From: Thermoleophilaceae bacterium
GTDB taxonomy: Bacteria; Actinomycetota; Thermoleophilia; Solirubrobacterales; Thermoleophilaceae
Direction: 5' to 3'
DNA length: 24,000 nt
Assembly (NCBI GenBank): GCA_035639555.1
Contig: DASQXU010000259.1
Location: 557 to 24,556, forward strand
Every line of letters starts with the position of its first letter. The first letter of the stretch is position 1. Below, piece after piece: positions 7,807 through 14,429 of this stretch. The translations under genes were made by a program, and so were the position numbers. The notes under the pieces were generated by a model that saw only the letters and a list, made by a program, of their open reading frames with translations, did not search any database and was not told where the DNA came from.

Positions 7807-9029
7807 CAGTCCCCCCACCCGGCCGGGTCGCGGCCCGGCTCGACCATCACGAGCGCGGGCATCTCGACGGTGTCCGCCTCCGCGGGGTCACGCTCCCTCG
7901 GCCGGTTCTGCGTCCCGTCGGGGCGAGGGGGAACGTGCCGCTTCGGCCGGCGCCGGAGCTGGCGCTCGGGGTTCCAGAGGTTGGCCTCGGACTGGCGGTC
8001 GATCAGCTCGTCGACCGGGGTGCGCGGTGTCTCTCCCTCGAGCCAGCCCGAGCGGTTGTCGGGCCTGGGGCGCTCGCCGTTGTCCGGCTGGCGTCCGACG
8101 TTGAGGCCGAGCTCCTCGAACATCGCCCGGTCCTCCTCGGGCTCGGCGCCGAGCGTGGTCAGGAAGTTGCCCATCATCACCCCGTTGAGCCCCGCCTTAA
8201 CCGCGAGCGGCTGGAGCTCGCCGAGGTTCTCGACCCTCCCGCCGCAGAGCCGGAAGAGCGCCCGGGGCAGGATCAGCCTGAAGATCGCGATCCACTTGAC
8301 CGCCTCCCACGGGTCCATCAGCTCGCGGTCGCCGAACTTCGTGCCGGGCCGCGGGTTGAGCAGGTTGATAGGGACGCTGGTGGGATCGATCTCGGCGAGC
8401 TGGAAGGCCATCTCCACCCGCTGCTCGGGCGTCTCGCCGAGGTTCAAGATCCCCCCGACGCAGGTCTCGAGCCCCGCCTGGCGCACGGCCTCGATCGTGC
8501 GCAGGCGCCCCTCATAGCGCACGGTGGTCGAGACCTCGGGGTAGTAGGACTCCGCCGTCTCCACGTTGTGGTGCACGCGCTGTACACCCGCCTGCCTGAG
8601 CGCGCGAGCGCGCTCGGGCGAGAGGTGGCCCACCGATGCGCAGCGCTTGAGGTTGGTGCGCTCGGCGACGAGCCGCGCTCCCTCGAGCACGGTCTCGAAG
8701 TCGCGCTTCGAGAGCCCCTGTCCCTGGGTGACCATGCAGAAGCGGTGGGCTCCGGCCGCCTCGGCCGCCCGGGCGTGCTCGAGGATCTGCTCGGGGGACA
8801 TCATCGCGTGCATCGGGGTGTCGGCCTCCGCGTAGCGCGACTGGGCGCAGAACCCACAGTCCTCGGCGCAGCCGCCGGACTTGGCGTTGACCAGCGAGCA
8901 CATGTCGGTGGAGTCGCCGAAGCGATCGACACGCGCACGCCACGCGCGTTCGACGAGCGCCTCGATCTCGGCGTGGGAGCGAAGCTGCCCGAGGCGCAAG
9001 GCCTCTTCGTGGCTGATGAGCGGCGGCAA
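7806..9029 (-). CDS. bioB: biotin synthase (BioB), radical SAM, with ~95-aa low-complexity C-terminal tail
   Basis: CAEDCGFC forms the CxxxCxxC radical-SAM cluster at Cys54/58/61. BioB-like core runs through ...FEELGLNVG. TTG start at 9029, 8 nt after the SD GGGGAGG. The tail (7809-8093) keeps a strong coding G/C third-position bias. Confidence 0.9.
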   Translation of the reverse strand: MPPLISHEEALRLGQLRSHAEIEALVERAWRARVDRFGDSTDMCSLVNAKSGGCAEDCGFCAQSRYAEADTPMHAMMSPEQILEHARAAEAAGAHRFCMVTQGQGLSKRDFETVLEGARLVAERTNLKRCASVGHLSPERARALRQAGVQRVHHNVETAESYYPEVSTTVRYEGRLRTIEAVRQAGLETCVGGILNLGETPEQRVEMAFQLAEIDPTSVPINLLNPRPGTKFGDRELMDPWEAVKWIAIFRLILPRALFRLCGGRVENLGELQPLAVKAGLNGVMMGNFLTTLGAEPEEDRAMFEELGLNVGRQPDNGERPRPDNRSGWLEGETPRTPVDELIDRQSEANLWNPERQLRRRPKRHVPPRPDGTQNRPRERDPAEADTVEMPALVMVEPGRDPAGWGD

Positions 9030-9091
9030 GGGTGGGACCTCCCCTGGGCGGTGGATTGGCGCTCACCGTATGCCGGGGGTCGGACGGAGCC

Positions 9092-9907
9092 TCAGCGCCC
9101 CTTCCACCGCGGGCGCCGCTTCTCGGCGAAGGCCCGCACCCCCTCCCTGAAGTCCTCGGAGCGAAAGCACGACTCGCGCAGCGAGATCAGTGAGCGCTCG
9201 ACGTCCTCGGGAAGGTCGGTCGCCGCCCCGCGCAGGGTGCGGATTATCCGCTTGTTCCCGGCCAGGGAGAGCGGCGCGTTCCCCGCGATCTCCGCCGCGA
9301 GCTCGAGCGCCCGCTCGGCGAGCTCGTCCGGCTCGACCACGTCGTTGACCAGTCCCATGCGCTCGGCGCGCTCGGTGTCCACGTTGGCGCCCCGGAAGAA
9401 CAGCTCGCTGGTGTTCGCCGCCCCGCAGACGTCGAGGAACTTCCGAAGCCCCGTGTGCGAGTAGATGAGCCCGAGCTTCGCCGGCGGCATCCCCAGCGTT
9501 ATCCCCCGCGCGGCGACCCTCACGTCGCAGGTCAGCGCGAGCTCGAGCCCACCCCCGATCGCGTGCCCGTTGAGCTGCCCGACGACCGGATAGGCGTAGT
9601 CCTCGAGGGCCTCGATCGCGGCTTGGAACGGGTGGGCGACCAGCTCCTCCGCCTGCTCCTCGAAGTTACCCTCCTCGAGGTTCCCGATGTCGTAGCCGGC
9701 CGAGAACATCGTCCCCTGGCCGGTGATGAGCAGACAGCGCGCATCGAGGGTCCGCGCGGCGCCGGCGAGAGCCTCGAGCATCTCGTGGTCGAGGGCTCCC
9801 CGGCGCTCGGGGTTTGCGATCGTGAGGCGGGCCACCCCCTCGGCCGGCTCGTCGAGGAGCAGCTTGCCCGAAGCGAGCTCCCCGAGGGAGCTCCTACTCG
9901 AGGACAA
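9092..9907 (-). CDS. crotonase-superfamily enzyme (enoyl-CoA hydratase/isomerase family; non-canonical active site, methylmalonyl-CoA-decarboxylase-like layout)
   Basis: 271 aa with a TTG start at 9907, 10 nt after the SD AGGAGGGG. Motifs: FSAGYDI, oxyanion-hole AIGGGLELAL, and the C-terminal EGVRAFAEKRRPRW. The position of the second hydratase Glu reads GMPPAKLG, with no Glu. The gene overlaps the upstream gene by 14 nt. Confidence 0.85.
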   Translation of the reverse strand: MSSSRSSLGELASGKLLLDEPAEGVARLTIANPERRGALDHEMLEALAGAARTLDARCLLITGQGTMFSAGYDIGNLEEGNFEEQAEELVAHPFQAAIEALEDYAYPVVGQLNGHAIGGGLELALTCDVRVAARGITLGMPPAKLGLIYSHTGLRKFLDVCGAANTSELFFRGANVDTERAERMGLVNDVVEPDELAERALELAAEIAGNAPLSLAGNKRIIRTLRGAATDLPEDVERSLISLRESCFRSEDFREGVRAFAEKRRPRWKGR

Positions 9908-10106
9908 CGAGTGGGTCCCCCTCCTGGACCGACTGTCCCTCCTCGCAGAGGATCTCCTTGACGACGCCCTCCTCCTCGGCCTCCACCGGCATCTCCATCT
10001 TCATGGACTCGAGGATCACGAGCGTGTCGCCCTCCTCGACCTCCTGGCCGACCTCGCATTCGATCTTCCAAACGGTGCCGGTGATGTGGGCCTCCACCTC
10101 GGGCAA
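9894..10106 (-). CDS. stand-alone biotinyl (biotin/lipoyl attachment) domain protein, ~70 aa
   Basis: The C-terminal part of track ORF 9894-10574 reads ...GTVWKIECEVGQEVEEGDTLVILESMKMEMPVEAEEEGVVKEILCEEGQSVQEGDPLVVLE, carrying the canonical E(A/S)MKM biotinyl-lysine motif. TTG at 10106 lies 5 nt after GGAGGA, and a GTG at 10097 is an alternative. The rest of the track ORF overlaps plsC and is Arg/Gly-rich junk. Confidence 0.8.
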   Translation of the reverse strand: MPEVEAHITGTVWKIECEVGQEVEEGDTLVILESMKMEMPVEAEEEGVVKEILCEEGQSVQEGDPLVVLE

Positions 10107-10229
10107 GCGGTTCCTCCGGGTCGGTCCGTGGTGCGCGCGGGCACGATACCTTCCCTCGGGCCTGATCCCTGCGCCCGCCGGACCGGCCGGCCGGGTAACG
10201 AAGGCCGCGCCCTCGGGTAGCAAGCCTCT

Positions 10230-11006
10230 GTGAAGCCGCAGGTCTACAAGGACCCGAGGCCGGCCGAGTACTTCAGCCGCTTCCACGAGCGCGCGCGGAC
10301 CAAGCGGCCGGACTACATCTACGACCTCGCCCGGCTGCTGCTGACCCCTTGCGTGATGCTGTTCTTCCGCGCGCGCTGCATCGACTCGCAGCACGTGCCG
10401 CCGGACGGCCCGGCGATCATCGCGCCGAACCACTTCTCGTTCCTCGACCACTTCTTCGTCGCGGTCTACCTCCGGCGCAAGGTGCGCTTCATGGCCAAGT
10501 CGCAACTGTTCAAGCGGCCGATGCAGTTCATCTTCACCCACGGCGGCGTCTTCCCGGTGCGGCGCGGCCACCACGACGAGGAGGCCTTCGAGACCGCGCG
10601 CCGGATCCTCCGCCGGGGTGACCTCGTCGTGATGTACGCGGAGGCCGGCCGCTCCCGCACCCAGGAGCTAGGGAAGCCCCGCTACGGCCTCGGAAGGCTG
10701 GCGCTCGAGTCCGGGGTGCCGGTCATCCCCACGGTGATCGCCGGCTCGGAGAAGGCGCGCGACTGGAAGCGGCTGCGCTTCCCGAAGGTGACCGTCCAGT
10801 ACGGCGACCCGCTTCGCTTCGAGGGCGTCGAGAAGCCCTCCCGCGACCAGGCCCAGGCCGCGTCTGAGGTCATCTTCGAGCAGGTGCGGCGCATGCACAC
10901 CGCCCTGCGTCGCGGCGGGCGCCGCAGCGCCGTGCGCGCCGCGCGGGCGGCCCGCAGGGCGGCGCGCGCCGCCGAGGGAGCCACGCGCCGGCCGGTCATC
11001 GACTGA
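10230..11006 (+). CDS. plsC: 1-acyl-sn-glycerol-3-phosphate / lysophospholipid acyltransferase (PlsC/LPLAT family)
   Basis: 258 aa with a GTG start. The HX4D catalytic motif is present as NHFSFLD. FPVRRG, YAEAGRSR (EGTR-like block) and VPVIPTVIAGS follow. The C-terminal tail is basic and Ala/Arg-rich. Confidence 0.8.
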   Translation: MKPQVYKDPRPAEYFSRFHERARTKRPDYIYDLARLLLTPCVMLFFRARCIDSQHVPPDGPAIIAPNHFSFLDHFFVAVYLRRKVRFMAKSQLFKRPMQFIFTHGGVFPVRRGHHDEEAFETARRILRRGDLVVMYAEAGRSRTQELGKPRYGLGRLALESGVPVIPTVIAGSEKARDWKRLRFPKVTVQYGDPLRFEGVEKPSRDQAQAASEVIFEQVRRMHTALRRGGRRSAVRAARAARRAARAAEGATRRPVID

Positions 11007-11085
11007 CCCGGGATTCGATCGCGGCCTCGCCGGGCATCACATGCCGGGGCGCCCTGCGCCCGCGGAGCACGAAGGAGGAACGAAG

Positions 11086-11643
11086 ATGACGCACCATCAG
11101 CACGACGAGCCCCTCGCCGGCAGGCGAGCCGCGGTGGCCGTCGGCCCGATGTTCGAGGACGTGGAGGCGCTCTATCCGCTCTACCGGCTCCGGGAGGCCG
11201 GCGCGGCCGTCGCGGTGATCGGATCGGAGGCCGGCGCCACGGTGAAGGGCAAGGTCGGCCACGCGCTCGAGATCGAGCATGCCGCGGTCGATCTGGTCGC
11301 CGACGACCTCGACCTGCTCGTTATCGCCGGGGGCTATGGACCGGACAAGCTCCGGATGGACGACGGTATGCTCGCCCTCGTGCGCGACCTGCACGCCCAG
11401 GAGAAGCCGATCGCGTTCATCTGCCACGCGGGCTGGGTCCCGGCCTCGGCCGGCATCGTGGAAGGCCGGCGGGTGACCTCCTATCCCGCAATCGCCGACG
11501 ACCTGCGCAACGCCGGTGCCGACTGGGAGGACTCGGAGGTGGTCGTGGACGGAAACCTGATCTCCTCGCGCCGCCCGAGCGACCTGCCGGCCTTCATGCG
11601 CGCGACGATCGAGGTGGCCGCGCACACTCCGGCGCCGGCCTAG
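11086..11643 (+). CDS. DJ-1/PfpI family protein (class-I glutamine-amidotransferase-like fold)
   Basis: ATG 11086 lies 5 nt after the SD GAAGGAGGAA (11071-11080), so the track start at 11041 is rejected. Motifs: LVIAGGYGP, the nucleophile elbow IAFICHAGW (Cys-His), and VVDGNLISSRRPSDLPAF. Confidence 0.85.
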   Translation: MTHHQHDEPLAGRRAAVAVGPMFEDVEALYPLYRLREAGAAVAVIGSEAGATVKGKVGHALEIEHAAVDLVADDLDLLVIAGGYGPDKLRMDDGMLALVRDLHAQEKPIAFICHAGWVPASAGIVEGRRVTSYPAIADDLRNAGADWEDSEVVVDGNLISSRRPSDLPAFMRATIEVAAHTPAPA

Positions 11644-12019
11644 CGGCGGGGCACCGCGGCCGCGGGGTGGCTCGCGGAGGGCCGGAACGGCCGCCCGCGA
11701 AGCCGTCGAGGGCGGTGTCCGAGGCGCCCCTCGCACGCGCGCCGCCCCGCTGCCTCGGCGCGGCGCCGGCGAGCGCCGGATCACCGCGGCCGGCGGCGTG
11801 CACAACCCTGCCCGCGTCCACCTCTAGGCGACGCGTGCGGGGTTGCTCACGATCTTCGTGACCAACCCCTGCTCGCGTCCGGCGCGATCGCGCCACGTGG
11901 GCCGGGTCTTGCACGCTTGGCCTGGACCGCGGGTGCGGCGTGCCGGAGGCCTGGGCTGCGCCCCCTGCCTTCCGCCGCCTGCATGACGACCGTCGCGCGA
12001 TTTCGACTTCCGGCCGCCG

Positions 12020-12676
12020 CTAGGCGATCACATTCCGCAGGACGCCGATCCCCTCGACCTCCAGCTCTACCACGTCCCCCGGCCGAAGCCAGCGGCCGTC
12101 GCCGTGCTCGAGGATGCAGCCGCGGCCGACCGTGCCCGACCCGAGCACGTCTCCGGCCTGGAGGCCGGACGTGTTGCGCGCTGCCTGGCTGAGGATCTGC
12201 TCCCACGACCAGTGCATCCCGCCGGTCCGTGAGTCGGTCCGCACCTCGCCGTTGACGCGCGCCAGCGCCCGCAGGTCGAGGTCCGCCGGCAGCTCCTCCG
12301 GCGACACGAGCTCCGGCCCGAGCGACGTCGCGAAGTCCTTGGCCTTGGCCGGACCGAGCCCGACCGCCATCTCGCGGGCTTGGAGGTCGCGGGCGGACCA
12401 GTCGTTCATGATCGTGAAGCCCTCCGGCCGTCCGCCGTCGCCGATGACGCAGGCCAGCTCGAGCTCGTAGTCGAGCATCTCGGTGTCGGCCGGCTTCGGC
12501 ACCGCATCGCCGTGGCCGTAGATGGCGGCCGGATTCGAGAAGTAGAACACCGGGAGCTCGTACCACGCGGGGGGCACCTCGAGGCCCCGGCTCGCGCGCG
12601 CGTTCCGGACGTGCTCCTCGAACGCCATGAAGTCGCGCACCGAGGGCGGCTGGCCGTCGGGGAACGGTCGCCTCAC
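12020..12676 (-). CDS. fumarylacetoacetate hydrolase (FAH) family protein, catalytic domain only
   Basis: Region RDFMAFEEHV...PPAWYELPVFYFSNPAAIYGHGDAV...DYELELACVIG...KDF... parallels the catalytic domain of fumarylacetoacetase. The track ORF start (12892) lies inside lrp in another frame and reads as junk. GTG at 12676 overlaps the lrp TGA (GTGA). GTG 12640 and ATG 12628 are alternatives. Confidence 0.78.
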   Translation of the reverse strand: MRRPFPDGQPPSVRDFMAFEEHVRNARASRGLEVPPAWYELPVFYFSNPAAIYGHGDAVPKPADTEMLDYELELACVIGDGGRPEGFTIMNDWSARDLQAREMAVGLGPAKAKDFATSLGPELVSPEELPADLDLRALARVNGEVRTDSRTGGMHWSWEQILSQAARNTSGLQAGDVLGSGTVGRGCILEHGDGRWLRPGDVVELEVEGIGVLRNVIA

Positions 12677-13122
12677 CGCTGGAAGAGGGTAGAGAGCACG
12701 ACCTCGGTCACCGTCCGGGTGATGCCCTCCTGGGCGCGGATGCGCTCGAGCGCGGTCTCGAGGTCCTTGGTGTCCTCGGCCATCACGTGGAGCAAGGCAC
12801 TCGCCTCCCCCGCGACCGTGTGGGCCGACACCACGCCCGGCTCGCGCTCCACCGCGCGCTTGATCGCCTCTCCGGGCATGCGACCGTCGCAATAGAGGTC
12901 CACGAAGGCCTCGGCGTGCCAGCCGTAGGCGAGCGGGTCGACGATCGTCGTGTAGCCGCGGATCACCCCGTCCCGCTCCAGGCGGTCGACGCGCCGCTTC
13001 ACCGCCGGGGCCGAGAGGTGGACGTGCTCGCCGATGTCCTTGAACGAGCGCCGGGCGTTCTGGCGAAGCAGCGCAACGATCCTACGGTCGATGTCGTCGA
13101 GAAGTGGCTGAACTGTCGCCAT
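12673..13122 (-). CDS. Lrp/AsnC family transcriptional regulator
   Basis: 149 aa. N-terminal HTH (LDDIDRRIVALLRQNARRSFKDIGEHVHLSAPAVKRRVDRLERDGVI) followed by a C-terminal RAM/AsnC ligand domain. Divergent from hppD, a known arrangement for tyrosine-catabolism regulators in actinomycetes. Confidence 0.9.
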   Translation of the reverse strand: MATVQPLLDDIDRRIVALLRQNARRSFKDIGEHVHLSAPAVKRRVDRLERDGVIRGYTTIVDPLAYGWHAEAFVDLYCDGRMPGEAIKRAVEREPGVVSAHTVAGEASALLHVMAEDTKDLETALERIRAQEGITRTVTEVVLSTLFQR

Positions 13123-13195
13123 GTTGCAAGAAAGCGGCGTTGAAACGTCGCCCTGATGCGGGAAACATTACATCGATAGCGAAGGGAGGAGGAGG
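13123..13195. promoter_or_regulatory. divergent lrp/asnC - hppD control region
   Basis: 73-bp gap, visibly less G+C-rich than its surroundings (ATGTTGCAAGAAAG..., GGAAACATTACATCGATAG). Carries the strong hppD SD GAAGGGAGGAGGAGG. Individual promoter and operator elements were not resolved. Confidence 0.4.
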
Positions 13196-14329
13196 ATGGC
13201 GACAGAGCAGCTTCAGACCCACCCGCGCTCCGAGGCCGCGGACCGCATGCCGCTCCACGGCATCGACCACCTGGAGCTGTACGTCGGCAACGCCACCCAG
13301 GCCGCCTACTACTTCACCCGCGCCTTCGGCTTCACCGAGACGGCGTACGCCGGGCTCGAGACCGGTCGGCGCGACCGGGTCTCGAGAGTGCTCGAGCAAG
13401 GGCGCATACGGCTCGTGCTCACCGGCACGCTGAGGGGGGACGACGAGATCGCCGAGCATCACCGCCGGCACGGAGACGGGGTGCACAAGGTCGCCCTGTC
13501 GGTTCCGGACGCCGAGGCCGCGTACTGGCACGCGGTCGACCACGGCGCTCGCGGTGTGGAGCTGCCGCGCTGGGTCGAGGACGAGCACGGGCGGGTGCAG
13601 CTCGCGTCAGTCGCCACCTACGGAGAGACGCTTCACCTCTTCGTTCAGCGGGAGGACTACCGCGGCCCATTCCTGCCCGGCTTCGAAGCTCGCCAGCCGG
13701 CCGAGCAAGATCTCGACCGCTTGCTGCTGGTCGGCATCGACCACGTGGTCGGCAACGTCGAGCTCGGCCATATGGAGGAGTGGGTCTCCTACTACGAGCG
13801 TGTCTTCGGCATGACCGAGATGATCCACTTCTCGGACGAGGCGATCTCGACCGAGTACTCGGCGCTGATGTCGAAGGTGGTCACCGACGGCTCGGGACGG
13901 GTCAAGTTCCCGATCAACGAGCCGGCCGAGGGCAAGCGCAAGTCACAGATCGAGGAGTACCTCGAGTTCTACCGCGGGGCCGGCGTGCAGCACGTGGCGC
14001 TCTCCACGCTGGACATCGTGGACGCCGTCTCCGAGCTCCGTAGCCGAGGGGTCGAGTTCCTGCCCATCCCCGAGAGCTACTACGAGGAGGTCCCGGCGCG
14101 GATCGGCGAGATCGACCAGGACTTGGCCGACCTCCGCCGGCTCGGCATCCTGGCGGACCGCGACGACGAGGGCTACCTGCTGCAGATCTTCACCAAGCCG
14201 CTCGGCGACCGGCCCACGGTGTTCTTCGAGGTGATCGAGCGCCACGGCTCCCGCGGCTTCGGCGAGGGCAACTTCAAGGCGCTCTTCGAGGCGCTCGAGC
14301 GCGAGCAGGAGAGGAGGGGGAACCTATGA
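13196..14329 (+). CDS. hppD: 4-hydroxyphenylpyruvate dioxygenase
   Basis: 377 aa. Two-domain vicinal-oxygen-chelate layout: GIDHLELYVGNA..., GIDHVVGNVELG.... C-terminal motifs: GVQHVAL, YLLQIFTKP, FFEVIERHG and GFGEGNFKALFEA. Confidence 0.9.
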   Translation: MATEQLQTHPRSEAADRMPLHGIDHLELYVGNATQAAYYFTRAFGFTETAYAGLETGRRDRVSRVLEQGRIRLVLTGTLRGDDEIAEHHRRHGDGVHKVALSVPDAEAAYWHAVDHGARGVELPRWVEDEHGRVQLASVATYGETLHLFVQREDYRGPFLPGFEARQPAEQDLDRLLLVGIDHVVGNVELGHMEEWVSYYERVFGMTEMIHFSDEAISTEYSALMSKVVTDGSGRVKFPINEPAEGKRKSQIEEYLEFYRGAGVQHVALSTLDIVDAVSELRSRGVEFLPIPESYYEEVPARIGEIDQDLADLRRLGILADRDDEGYLLQIFTKPLGDRPTVFFEVIERHGSRGFGEGNFKALFEALEREQERRGNL

Positions 14330-14372
14330 CGGCACCGGGTGCCTCGCCTCTCGTGCGCCCGCCGGCGTTAGC

Positions 14373-14399
14373 GCGGGTCCGGCCGGGGGCGGGTCCGGC
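14373..14399 (+). repeat. tandem direct repeat GCGGGTCCGGC (x2, 16-nt period) upstream of hmgA
   Basis: Exact 11-mers at 14373-14383 and 14389-14399, 31-57 nt upstream of the hmgA ATG. Function unknown. Confidence 0.5.
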
Positions 14400-14429
14400 G
14401 CGCGGACTCCACCCCAAGGAGGGTTGGCG

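Noticed and set aside
7809-8093. The idea that the BioB tail is a fused copy of the small biotin-synthase auxiliary protein encoded next to bioB in mycobacteria.
   Set aside because: The tail has no cysteines and none of the Cys-containing motif I recall for that protein. The resemblance is positional only, and I cannot support it from sequence.
9030-10229. Search for known biotin operators upstream of bioB and of the biotinyl-protein gene: BioQ-type TGAAC-N3-GTTCA and BirA-type TGT(A/T)AACC inverted repeats.
   Set aside because: Neither motif is present in 9030-9091 or 10107-10229. The only symmetric element is the CCGG-repeat palindrome CCGGCCGGCCGG (10183-10194), which is too simple to call an operator. 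The regulation of this cluster remains unknown.
11667-11984. Small ORFs inside the 376-bp gap: 11667-11861 (+) 64 aa, and a 45-aa minus-strand ORF from ATG 11984 to 11847.
   Set aside because: Both have low-complexity Pro/Ala/Arg/Gly composition. The minus-strand ORF has about 12 of 45 codons ending in A/T, which is far from the coding bias of real genes here. The plus ORF loses its third-position bias in its second half. Neither is called as a gene, and the region is kept only as an unexplained gap.
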